DNA of 31,595 bases. Source: an uncultured archaeon (GTDB lineage: Archaea; Asgardarchaeota; Lokiarchaeia; Sigyniarchaeales; SOKP01). Both the position numbers and the translations under genes were made by a program. A model generated the notes under the pieces. That model was not told the DNA's origin, did not search any database, and was given only the letters and a program-made list of their open reading frames with translations. Of the stretch, positions 9,128 to 17,847 are shown piece after piece. Numbering within the stretch: position 1 is the first letter of the stretch; each line of letters starts with the position of its first letter. Location of the stretch: positions 1 through 31,595 of the forward strand of contig CAZBPC010000034.1 of the NCBI GenBank assembly GCA_964493715.1, written 5' to 3'.

Positions 9128-10825
9128 ATGTCAGAAGAATATGACTATTTGTTTAAATCAATCGTTGTAGGAGATGGCGGAGTAGGTAAAACTGCTCTAA
9201 CTTTACGCTTTTCCAAGGATTTTTTTACAGAAGATTATAAAATGACAATTGGAGTTGACTTTCACGTAAAAACGATTACAATTAATGGTATAGACGGACC
9301 TATCAGAGCAAAACTTCAACTTTGGGACACTGGAGGTCAAGAACGTTTCAGCTCAATCAGACCAATGTATTATAGAGGTTCACTTGGAGCAGTGTTAGTA
9401 TTCGATCTTACCAATGCAGCAAGTTTTGAACATTTACCTCAATGGATTGAAGAAGTGAGAGCTAATCTAAAAGGTGAAATTCCTCTATTGCTTGTGGGAA
9501 ATAAGAGTGATTTACTTGATTATCGTGAGGTTTCGCTCGCTGAAATAAATAATTTTACACGAGATTTTAACCTCTATTATATGGAGACTTCTGCTAAAAC
9601 AGGAGATGGTGTCGGAGATTGTTTCTATATCTTAGCTTGCTTGATGATTGGGCAAACAATTCCAATACAATTATTGAACAATATTGTATATAATCCTGGT
9701 CAAATCCCTATAAGTATTGATCAGGATCAAAAAACTCCATCAATTCAACCAGAAACTATGGCAGATTATGCGGCACCTCCCGTACCAGAACCATTAAAGC
9801 CTAATACAGATCCGGAAATCATATATGCCGCACCACCTATACCAGAACTGATAAAGCCTAATACAGTCCCAGAAATCAGGTATGCTGCACCTCCCGTTCC
9901 AGAACAAATAATTGAAGCAAAAGAAAAGCCAATACCAAAAATTGAACCGACATTCATACCTGAAATTTCCGTTCCAGATCCTGTTGCATTTGAGTTTAAA
10001 ACTCCGGAAGAAATATTATCGCAAAAAGTCAACGAACACCAAAAAATGATAAATTCATCAAAAATCTCCCAAACACCTGAAGAAGATTCATATAAACCAA
10101 AAACTGTTCCTTTTTCTTCTAATATACCTGTTCCCGCACCCACTCCAAAAGAATTCAAAACTCAAAAAATAGAAATTTCTCCTGACACTTCTAATAAACA
10201 GACAATCCCATTTATAGTTTCAAAAAAAGAAGAACCCATAAAACCTAAACCCGCTTCAATGACATTTGAACCAGCACCACTTTCAAAATCATTAGATGAT
10301 TATATGCCTGAAAATATTATATCCAAAAAAGAAAAGAAAAAACTTGATAAGGAAAAGAAGAAAAAGGAAAAAGAACTTAAAATTAAAGCGGAGAAGGAAA
10401 AACAAGAACGATTAATAGAGGAAATGAAGCAGAGTAAAAAAGAAAAACCAATAAAAGAAAAGAAAAGAGGGGGACCTGAACAAGAATTAATTTCTCCTAA
10501 ATCTGATGCAACAATGAATACACCTTCGTTATTTCAAGCATTAACACAGAAAACGGAATTATTAAAAAAAGAAGAGTCGACCCCATTCGTATCATTTCCA
10601 GCAAGTGAAAAACCAAAACAGGAAGAATCATCTACATTGAGAATTATTCCAAATGTGGCAGATATTGATACAGAATTTAATTCTTTCACAGTAATAACTT
10701 CCAACTCCGAACCGATTGTTGATGAAGAACCCAAAACTAAAGATTTCTTAACTTGTTCTCAATGTGGAGCAATATTGTCTTCAGATTACGCTTTTTGTAA
10801 TAAATGTGGGAATAAATTATCATAA
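9128..10825 (+). CDS. Rab-like GTPase with long Pro-rich/charged extension and C-terminal zinc ribbon
   Basis: YDYLFK, GDGGVGKT, TIGVDF, WDTGGQERF, YYRG, GNKSD, ETSAK; ends CSQCG...CNKCG. Confidence 0.92.
   Translation: MSEEYDYLFKSIVVGDGGVGKTALTLRFSKDFFTEDYKMTIGVDFHVKTITINGIDGPIRAKLQLWDTGGQERFSSIRPMYYRGSLGAVLVFDLTNAASFEHLPQWIEEVRANLKGEIPLLLVGNKSDLLDYREVSLAEINNFTRDFNLYYMETSAKTGDGVGDCFYILACLMIGQTIPIQLLNNIVYNPGQIPISIDQDQKTPSIQPETMADYAAPPVPEPLKPNTDPEIIYAAPPIPELIKPNTVPEIRYAAPPVPEQIIEAKEKPIPKIEPTFIPEISVPDPVAFEFKTPEEILSQKVNEHQKMINSSKISQTPEEDSYKPKTVPFSSNIPVPAPTPKEFKTQKIEISPDTSNKQTIPFIVSKKEEPIKPKPASMTFEPAPLSKSLDDYMPENIISKKEKKKLDKEKKKKEKELKIKAEKEKQERLIEEMKQSKKEKPIKEKKRGGPEQELISPKSDATMNTPSLFQALTQKTELLKKEESTPFVSFPASEKPKQEESSTLRIIPNVADIDTEFNSFTVITSNSEPIVDEEPKTKDFLTCSQCGAILSSDYAFCNKCGNKLS
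9767..9904 (+). repeat. 57-bp (19-aa) intragenic tandem repeat, about 2.4 copies: YAAPP(V/I)PE-x-x-KPNT-x-PEI-x
   Basis: Units start at 9767, 9824 and 9881 with synonymous divergence. Confidence 0.9.
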
Positions 10826-10843
10826 AAATTTATCACTTAATGG

Positions 10844-11623
10844 TCATTTTCCACAAATAGGACAAGTATTCCACATCTTCTTTATTTTAGAATTACAGTG
10901 AGGACATATTTTTAGATCAGGATCTATTTCAGTTTGAAGATTACCAAATATCGTTAAATTGTCCTCTACTCGATAATCAATTAAATTTTGAGGGCTCTGA
11001 ACTTTAGATACTTGATCGGATATTTTTGAGGATTCAGTCTTAGGTTTGAAATATTCTTTTTTAATAGGTCGAGTGATTACTTCTTGTTTCTTTGTCTTTT
11101 TTGGGGGCTCCATTTTTAGGTTTTTAGAATTTTCTTGATTTTCAATTTTTTTTGCCTTTGGTGATGATTCAGGAATGTCACCCTCAGATGATCCCACAAT
11201 GTAATAGTAATAATTTCCATTATTATTTTCTACTATGATCTCCCCATTTTTTAAGCGCACTTCAACAAAGTAGATGATTGTAGATCCAGTAGGGACATCA
11301 GCAAGTTCTGCAATGAAATAATCAGTTTTACTTAACATTTCCATTTGATACCATGAATTTCCATGATCTGCAGAAAAATTCAATTGGACACGCTCAATTG
11401 CTTCATCAAAATCTTCTTCAGTAATTTTAACAATGATTTTAATGGTTTTTTTTAAAGAAATTAAAGTACTTTCTCCTTCTTCTTTTTTTGACTCATCCCA
11501 AGCAAGATTACATTTTGGACAATTTGTAAACCAATTGGGATATTCATAATTGCAATTTAAGCAAGTTTTTGTAAAATATCTTGTTGTTTTAATTCCCAAT
11601 GACTTTTTCTTATCTTTCGCCAT
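10844..11623 (-). CDS. Protein with N- and C-terminal zinc ribbons and a central beta-rich domain
   Basis: CLNC...CPKC at the N-terminus and CPHC...CPIC at the C-terminus; central beta-strand-like segment ending ENNNGNYYYY. Confidence 0.8.
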   Translation of the reverse strand: MAKDKKKSLGIKTTRYFTKTCLNCNYEYPNWFTNCPKCNLAWDESKKEEGESTLISLKKTIKIIVKITEEDFDEAIERVQLNFSADHGNSWYQMEMLSKTDYFIAELADVPTGSTIIYFVEVRLKNGEIIVENNNGNYYYYIVGSSEGDIPESSPKAKKIENQENSKNLKMEPPKKTKKQEVITRPIKKEYFKPKTESSKISDQVSKVQSPQNLIDYRVEDNLTIFGNLQTEIDPDLKICPHCNSKIKKMWNTCPICGK

Positions 11624-11740
11624 TCTTTATTTCAGTCTTAAAGTACTTTTTAGTAAATATATGTGTTTCTAAAGGATTATAAATTTTTTTTATAAATCTT
11701 TTCATATTTGTACATAATATTTACTCCTTCTTATTAACAT

Positions 11741-12913
11741 TTACTTTGAGATGGTTAAAATTTCTTCAAGATCCTCAATAAACTTAATTAAATGTTCATG
11801 TTTAACATGAGGCATCATTACTACCCTTATCAAATTAAAATCTAGAAATTTACCTAACATCCAATTCCTTTTACGTAATTTATTATCAATTTCACATATC
11901 GAGTCATTATTTTCGGTTGTAATACCAACTAAATTAAGAACAGGTCTTGTAGCAAGTTTAATCCCTTTAATTTCTGAAATTTTATTAGCTAAATAATCAG
12001 TATTCTGCATGCAGCTTTGGATCATTTTAGTAAATCCATCCATACCCAAGTATTTCATTATAGCCCAAAAAGCAATTACTGAAGCTCCTGGTCTTGTTCC
12101 GACTAAATGAAAGTGTTTGAAATTTCCTCCTGCTAAATAAGGAATTTCAAACCCCGTCTTTTGTAGAATTGATTCATCCCTTAAGAAAAATCCACCAGAT
12201 GGAATAATACCGAGACCCATTTTATGTGGATCAGCTGTTATAGAGTCAACTTTTTTCACTGAAAAGTCCCATAAAGGAACTTTATAGCCAATATTTTTTA
12301 AGAAGGGTAAAATAAAACCTCCAAAAGCAGCATCAACGTGAAAATAGATATCTTTGTCTTCAATTAAGTTTCCTATTTCTTCTATTGGGTCTATTAGTCC
12401 TAATGATGTTGTTCCAGCAATTCCTACTACTCCACACGTATTTTTAGTAATTAAACCCGCATAGTGATCGAGATCTAATTCAAAGTTTTCTTTTAACTTA
12501 GCCTTCCTCAATTTTATACCTAAAAGATCTGCTGCTTTATCAAAAGAGATATGTGAAGAAATCGGTAAGACTATTTCAGGTTTAGATATCTCAGGATGTA
12601 GTTTCTTAGCAATTCTCATAGCAATAATATTAGCTTCTGATCCTCCACTAGTAAACGTTCCGCTTATATTTTTTCCGTTGAATATATTCCCGATTTCTCT
12701 AGTAAGCTCTTCTTCTAATTTAGTAGTTCCTAAAAATAAGCCTGGATCACCAAGATTTTTAGCTATATATTTCATAAAAATTTCCTTTCCAAAATCGTGG
12801 GGATCCGTACACATTGATCCTAATATTGATCCCGAATCATAAGAAAAATCTTTTTTCAATTTCTTTTCGAGTATTTCAGTTATTTCCTGTTTAGAAAGAC
12901 CGTCTTTTAACAT
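11741..12913 (-). CDS. mfnA: PLP-dependent L-tyrosine/L-aspartate decarboxylase (MfnA family)
   Basis: ILGSMCT, NLGDPGLF, TSGGSEAN, HVDAAFGG, SITADPHKMG (PLP lysine) and GTRPG motifs. Confidence 0.92.
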   Translation of the reverse strand: MLKDGLSKQEITEILEKKLKKDFSYDSGSILGSMCTDPHDFGKEIFMKYIAKNLGDPGLFLGTTKLEEELTREIGNIFNGKNISGTFTSGGSEANIIAMRIAKKLHPEISKPEIVLPISSHISFDKAADLLGIKLRKAKLKENFELDLDHYAGLITKNTCGVVGIAGTTSLGLIDPIEEIGNLIEDKDIYFHVDAAFGGFILPFLKNIGYKVPLWDFSVKKVDSITADPHKMGLGIIPSGGFFLRDESILQKTGFEIPYLAGGNFKHFHLVGTRPGASVIAFWAIMKYLGMDGFTKMIQSCMQNTDYLANKISEIKGIKLATRPVLNLVGITTENNDSICEIDNKLRKRNWMLGKFLDFNLIRVVMMPHVKHEHLIKFIEDLEEILTISK

Positions 12914-12994
12914 TTTTGCTTCAAATTCGTTTTATAGAATATAAAAATATACAAGCAATTAAAATTTTATAACTATAAATCATTAGAATCGAAA

Positions 12995-13315
12995 TTATTC
13001 TATAAATCTAATAGAATCTCTTTTAAAATACTTTTTCATAGTCTTCATTAAAACATCAACTAGATCGATTTTATAATAATTTGCTATGCATACTATTGAA
13101 AATTGAAGATCTCCCAATTCTTCTTCCAATTTAGATTCCGGTTGCTGTAATTTTTTCGGCTTAAATTTTTCTTGGTAATTTATTTCTCTAGCAAGTTCAC
13201 CTAATTCTTCCATTACAGCACTGAGCATTGAAAGTGGAGGCCAATAATCCCCATGATTATGAATCCAATCGTTTATTTTTGATTGAATTTCACTAAAAGA
13301 AACCTTATTCTTCAT
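12995..13315 (-). CDS. MazG-like nucleotide pyrophosphohydrolase (YpjD-like)
   Basis: YWPPL..MEELGELAREIN and LEEELGD motifs; second Met (13315) is the more likely start than 13375. Confidence 0.88.
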   Translation of the reverse strand: MKNKVSFSEIQSKINDWIHNHGDYWPPLSMLSAVMEELGELAREINYQEKFKPKKLQQPESKLEEELGDLQFSIVCIANYYKIDLVDVLMKTMKKYFKRDSIRFIE

Positions 13316-13467
13316 AAAAGAAATAATTTTGGATAAAATAAAAATCTTAAAAATTTCTTTTTTATGAGCCTTCATCTAGCTTAACAATAAAATCAAAAGT
13401 ACTCATCAAACTTTTATATATATTATTATCTTTATTTTTTCTTGGGAATTATTTAAAACTACTCAAA

Positions 13468-15603
13468 TTATGTAAAGAGAGATTCTCTTTTCCGAGTTTC
13501 CCATTCCGCTCTTTTACCTTGATTATATCTATTTACTTCACTATAATATCCTGTGACACGAGAATATACTTTAACATCAATAGATTGACATTTAGGACAT
13601 TTAAATTGACTGCCTCGAAACATCTTTTTGCAAGAAGGACAGAAGATAAAATCTGGCGTATATGCAAAATAAGCAGTATTTGTGTTAAGACAGATATTTT
13701 TAGTTAATTCCCAGAGTCCTTGGATATCAGGTTTTTGCTCGCCTAACCAAATGTGTGTTATCACGCCTCCATTTACGATTAGATGATAATCACCTTGTTT
13801 TTTAATCCTCTCTGAAAGATTTATGTCCGCATCATATCGTAAGTGACTTGAATTCGTATAATATGCAGATTTACCTTTGGATTGAACATGCGCTTTATTT
13901 GGAAAATGTTTAAGGTCCAACTTAGCTAATCGGTTACTCGCCGATTCACTTGGTTGTTCCCAAAGGGAATATGATTTTCCATCTCTTTCTGTCATAGTGT
14001 TACATTTAGCAACCATATATTCAAGAATTTTTTTTCCTAAAGAATAAGCTTCATCATTTTCATGCAATTCAAAATTTGTTAAACTTTGAACTGCTTCATT
14101 CAATCCTGTAAAACCAATAGAAAGGTTTTGATCTTTCAATTTAAATATCGGTTCACCCTTAATCTTGCCACTACATAGAGGCAAATGTCCTGAGTTTAAT
14201 CTTTTTTCTATTAAATTCCATTTTTTTCTTAAAATATTTGCAACTAATTCCATTTTTTCATCTAAAATATGATAATAGTCTTCCTCGTTATTAGAAAGAT
14301 ATGCATATCGAGGCAGGTTTAAGCTTACACTTTGTAAAGAGCCTATAGTAACGTACTTTTCCCAAATATTAACATTTTTCCTTTTTTCTGGATCTAAAAT
14401 GCATTGTTTAATGATTTGGTTTCCACTTAAAAATTTCCGGCAACATTGACTATGAATCTCATCAGGCATCCAATCTGGACACATATTAAGAAAATATGGT
14501 GTGCCCATTGTTGCAACTTCTTCCATAACTTTCAAGTAAGAAGGTTCAAACTCTCTAAGCCATTCTTTTTTTATTTTAATTTCATGTTTTGGAAATGCAA
14601 ATAATTTTCCATTATGATCCCCTTGAATATAAATATCAGTTAAAGCATCAAACAGCTCCAAGCATTCACCCTTATAATCGCCATAGGTGCCATTTATTTT
14701 TCCATGAGGACCAATAGCCGGAATATTAATTAATCCATCAGGAATAGTAGGTGTACAAGATATTGATGTAAATGGGACTTGCCCTCCACGTGCCGCGAAA
14801 ATTTGGTTTGTTTCAAAAATTAAGCACTGCATTGATTGTTCAATTTTTCTTTTTGACAATCCTTTTGCATAAGGTGCTAGAAATGTAGTTATATAATCAT
14901 ATCCTTGCCCTCCTGAAAATTCACCTTGGATAATCCCTAACCACTTTGCTAGATGAGTTACTGCCACTCTTATACTTCCTGCGGGTCCAGACTTACTACA
15001 ATGTGCCCAACTGTCTACGGGAGGTAAACCATGCTCCAAAATCATTCTTGGATCCCATTCCTGACAAAAAGGTCTTAAATCAAAATACCTAAGCATGTGA
15101 ATATGAATATCACCGTATAAATGAGCATGAGCTTCATCTGAATCTAAAATTCTTAAAAGAGTGTATTCATCTGAAATCCGATTTGCAGCCCAATGGTGAA
15201 TACTTTCAGGATTCATATCCTGATTCGCATTTTCATTAATTCCGTCTTCTAAAATGGCTTCATAATCCATTAAAGGCATTCCAATTCGAGTATATAATTT
15301 TCTTGCCTCTTCATAATGTTCTTCAGATAAAATAGAACATACTATTTCTCTGATATGTGGTCCGGAGAGAAATTTAATCCCAGAAGAAATTATCCTTCGA
15401 ACAACTAGTTGAGTTATTTTATTTGCAGAATCAGGATTAATCCCCGTTTCCTTTATTATACTATCCTCTATCTTGGAAGGTTCAAAAATCACTACGTCTC
15501 CTTCAGTTCTGAAGACTCTTGGCAATAAATTATTTAAGAAACCATTTTTCCCTAAACTCTTTCTGTTTTCTTCTATTTCTTCTGATTTATGAATTAAGAC
15601 CAT
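13468..15603 (-). CDS. nrdD: Anaerobic (class III) ribonucleoside-triphosphate reductase with ATP cone
   Basis: N-terminal ATP cone, GDIHIH, SGGQG, ARGGQVPFTS, YYTNSSH, CxxC...CxxC and the glycyl-radical motif YSRVTGY. Confidence 0.96.
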   Translation of the reverse strand: MVLIHKSEEIEENRKSLGKNGFLNNLLPRVFRTEGDVVIFEPSKIEDSIIKETGINPDSANKITQLVVRRIISSGIKFLSGPHIREIVCSILSEEHYEEARKLYTRIGMPLMDYEAILEDGINENANQDMNPESIHHWAANRISDEYTLLRILDSDEAHAHLYGDIHIHMLRYFDLRPFCQEWDPRMILEHGLPPVDSWAHCSKSGPAGSIRVAVTHLAKWLGIIQGEFSGGQGYDYITTFLAPYAKGLSKRKIEQSMQCLIFETNQIFAARGGQVPFTSISCTPTIPDGLINIPAIGPHGKINGTYGDYKGECLELFDALTDIYIQGDHNGKLFAFPKHEIKIKKEWLREFEPSYLKVMEEVATMGTPYFLNMCPDWMPDEIHSQCCRKFLSGNQIIKQCILDPEKRKNVNIWEKYVTIGSLQSVSLNLPRYAYLSNNEEDYYHILDEKMELVANILRKKWNLIEKRLNSGHLPLCSGKIKGEPIFKLKDQNLSIGFTGLNEAVQSLTNFELHENDEAYSLGKKILEYMVAKCNTMTERDGKSYSLWEQPSESASNRLAKLDLKHFPNKAHVQSKGKSAYYTNSSHLRYDADINLSERIKKQGDYHLIVNGGVITHIWLGEQKPDIQGLWELTKNICLNTNTAYFAYTPDFIFCPSCKKMFRGSQFKCPKCQSIDVKVYSRVTGYYSEVNRYNQGKRAEWETRKRESLFT

Positions 15604-16014
15604 ATTTTTCCATCTAATTTTTATGATTAAATATTCTTATACAGATTTTTTTGTCGATAATGGATTATTTGTTATTTTAATTTGTCGGCTCAAATGATGT
15701 ATGCAAGCTTATACCCAATTAATCTCTATCGTAAATATCTTACACCTTTTAATATAAAAATTTATTTGTTTCTCCAATATAAAGTTATTTTATCAATTAT
15801 ATGAAAGTTTTTTTTAAAATCAGTTAACTCTTTTACTATTAGTAAACACACCACATTATATAATATCGATACTCTGATGCTTTTATTAAATATAGCCTTC
15901 CAAGTTAAAAAAATGTCGTCAACGATGGTTTTTTGATTTATTTATAAGATTATTTATTTGATAGAATACTAAATACGAGTATATTTAAAAAAAAATGATT
16001 TCTTTTAGGAAATT

Positions 16015-16338
16015 ATGAATAAAATTAGCAAGAATGATATCCAAGCAATAAAAATTTTAGATGGAATATTCAGAAGAACTTTAACCTTCAATGAAAATTT
16101 AATGCTTTGTCATTTTTATCTTGAAAAAGGTTCCAATGTTCCGCTACACTCCCACGAACAACATCAAGTTGGGTATGTCATTAAAGGAAAATTGCGTTTC
16201 TTTACAGAAAAATCAGAATTTATTGCACAAGAAGGAGACAGTTACATTTTTAACGCAAATGAAAAACACGGGGCTGCTATAATCGAAGATTCGGAAGTTA
16301 TAGATATCTTTAATCCTGCGAGAGATGATTATAAATAA
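16015..16338 (+). CDS. Cupin-domain protein
   Basis: PLHSHEQHQVGYVIKG and GDSYIF..NEKHG cupin motifs; DIFNPARDDY C-terminus. Confidence 0.9.
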   Translation: MNKISKNDIQAIKILDGIFRRTLTFNENLMLCHFYLEKGSNVPLHSHEQHQVGYVIKGKLRFFTEKSEFIAQEGDSYIFNANEKHGAAIIEDSEVIDIFNPARDDYK

Positions 16339-16344
16339 TAAATT

Positions 16345-16698
16345 TTACCATTGATACGCCGCAACAGAGAAAATTGCAAACAAGCAGATTAGTAATTCCC
16401 CAATTAACCAATCATAGTAATATTTCTTCTTTAGATCCCTATTGCTTTTAATCACAGAGGATAAACCAAAACTAATTGCAGAATTTATCCCCAAAAATAT
16501 TATAATTGCAAATACTGGGGCTTTAAGTACAATATCTATTATGTTCATAGCAAAATCTAAGATGAACCATGCTCCTAAGAACGTTAAGAGCCCAAGTAAA
16601 AAGATCCAACCAGTAAATTGGATAATTTTTTCAAACACAATATCTTCTTCAATACTTGAATCAGTAGGAGAGGGTTTTTTTTTTTTTGCACTAGACAT
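16345..16698 (-). CDS. Small membrane protein (3 TM), hypothetical
   Basis: Three hydrophobic segments, basic N-terminus, co-oriented downstream of nac. Confidence 0.75.
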   Translation of the reverse strand: MSSAKKKKPSPTDSSIEEDIVFEKIIQFTGWIFLLGLLTFLGAWFILDFAMNIIDIVLKAPVFAIIIFLGINSAISFGLSSVIKSNRDLKKKYYYDWLIGELLICLFAIFSVAAYQW

Positions 16699-16769
16699 AT
16701 TTTTTAAACCTAATGAGTTATGGTGTCTTAAATTTTTTATGATTCTTAACTTTTTTTTTTGTTATTTTA

Positions 16770-17243
16770 TTATGGACGATTTTTTAAAAATAAAATAGCT
16801 TTTGCAATGTCTCCATCACAATCATATAGTACTACACGAGCTTCTTCAGTATCCACATTTGCTTGGCTAGCTACTAACATCACATCATTTTCAGTGATTG
16901 TTGCTTTCAATTCATTTTGGGAAAATAATTCTTCGTCTTGATCTGATTCAGTGATTATTTGTTCTCCTTGCGAAGCTTCGTGAGCATCTCCTATTACTTG
17001 GTAAATCTCTTGTCCCATTTGTTTCATTAAAATTACTTCTGGTTGATCTATAATGAGGGTTTTATCAGGACCTTCAATAATCACTCTTGTTGCTTCAACT
17101 TGATCCATATCGATTCCTTGTTGTTGCATGCGTCTACGCATCTGTCGGGAGCCTGCCTGTGAGCTCTCTCTTTGTTTAATTGCTTGTGGTCTTTTTGGTT
17201 TACTTTTTTCTTTATTTTGTAAATCTTTTGGTAATTTTACCAT
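16770..17243 (-). CDS. nac: Nascent polypeptide-associated complex protein
   Basis: RQMRRRMQQQGIDM, NAC barrel (RVIIE...QEIYQVIG) and C-terminal UBA-like DVMLVASQA...GDIAKAIL. ATG at 17243 preferred over GTG at 17252. Confidence 0.92.
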   Translation of the reverse strand: MVKLPKDLQNKEKSKPKRPQAIKQRESSQAGSRQMRRRMQQQGIDMDQVEATRVIIEGPDKTLIIDQPEVILMKQMGQEIYQVIGDAHEASQGEQIITESDQDEELFSQNELKATITENDVMLVASQANVDTEEARVVLYDCDGDIAKAILFLKNRP

Positions 17244-17294
17244 TATAATCACAAGATAATTTGATACTTATAATTTGATATAATTAATTGAGCT

Positions 17295-17786
17295 TTATAA
17301 TTTTGATTTATTACCTTTTCGAACATTAATTGCAATTCCTGTCTTAAAAGCTTTAATATATAGAATGGGCATTGATAACCTACCTATGGCAAGTATCTCA
17401 TCTTCTTGGTTCACTATAATAACCTCATCTAAGGGTCGTAGACTAACATCAATTTCCAGTAAATGTTTACAAAAGACATTTCGACCTTTTCGAATGAATT
17501 CTGCAACCTCATTTAGAACCACGGCTCTCATTTTAGGTAAAGGTAATTCAGATATTATCTTTGATGCTGAATGAAAGGTAATTGTAAATAATCCGATCGT
17601 TGGACGAAAATTTAATAGAATGTTATCGTTTTCATAAATATGTTTCATTTTACCTGTGTTCTTAGAAAAAATGAAATTAAGGTTCTCCGTATTTTCAAAA
17701 AGAACATCTGTTATTGCAGTTCCAAATTGATAATCTGAAATAGCTCTTATTTTTCTTAAAATGAGAAAAGAAGGAACATTTTTCAT
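17295..17786 (-). CDS. Pre-PUA/PUA-domain RNA-binding protein (resembles the archaeosine TGT C-terminal domains)
   Basis: ISDYQFG, SKNTGK, GRNVFCKH, LRPLDEVIIV, AIGR and AINVRKG motifs. Confidence 0.85.
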   Translation of the reverse strand: MKNVPSFLILRKIRAISDYQFGTAITDVLFENTENLNFIFSKNTGKMKHIYENDNILLNFRPTIGLFTITFHSASKIISELPLPKMRAVVLNEVAEFIRKGRNVFCKHLLEIDVSLRPLDEVIIVNQEDEILAIGRLSMPILYIKAFKTGIAINVRKGNKSKL

Positions 17787-17847
17787 ATTTTAATGAGTTA
17801 AATGATTAAAGATAAAATAAGTTTTGTTCTTATGAAGATATTTGTTA

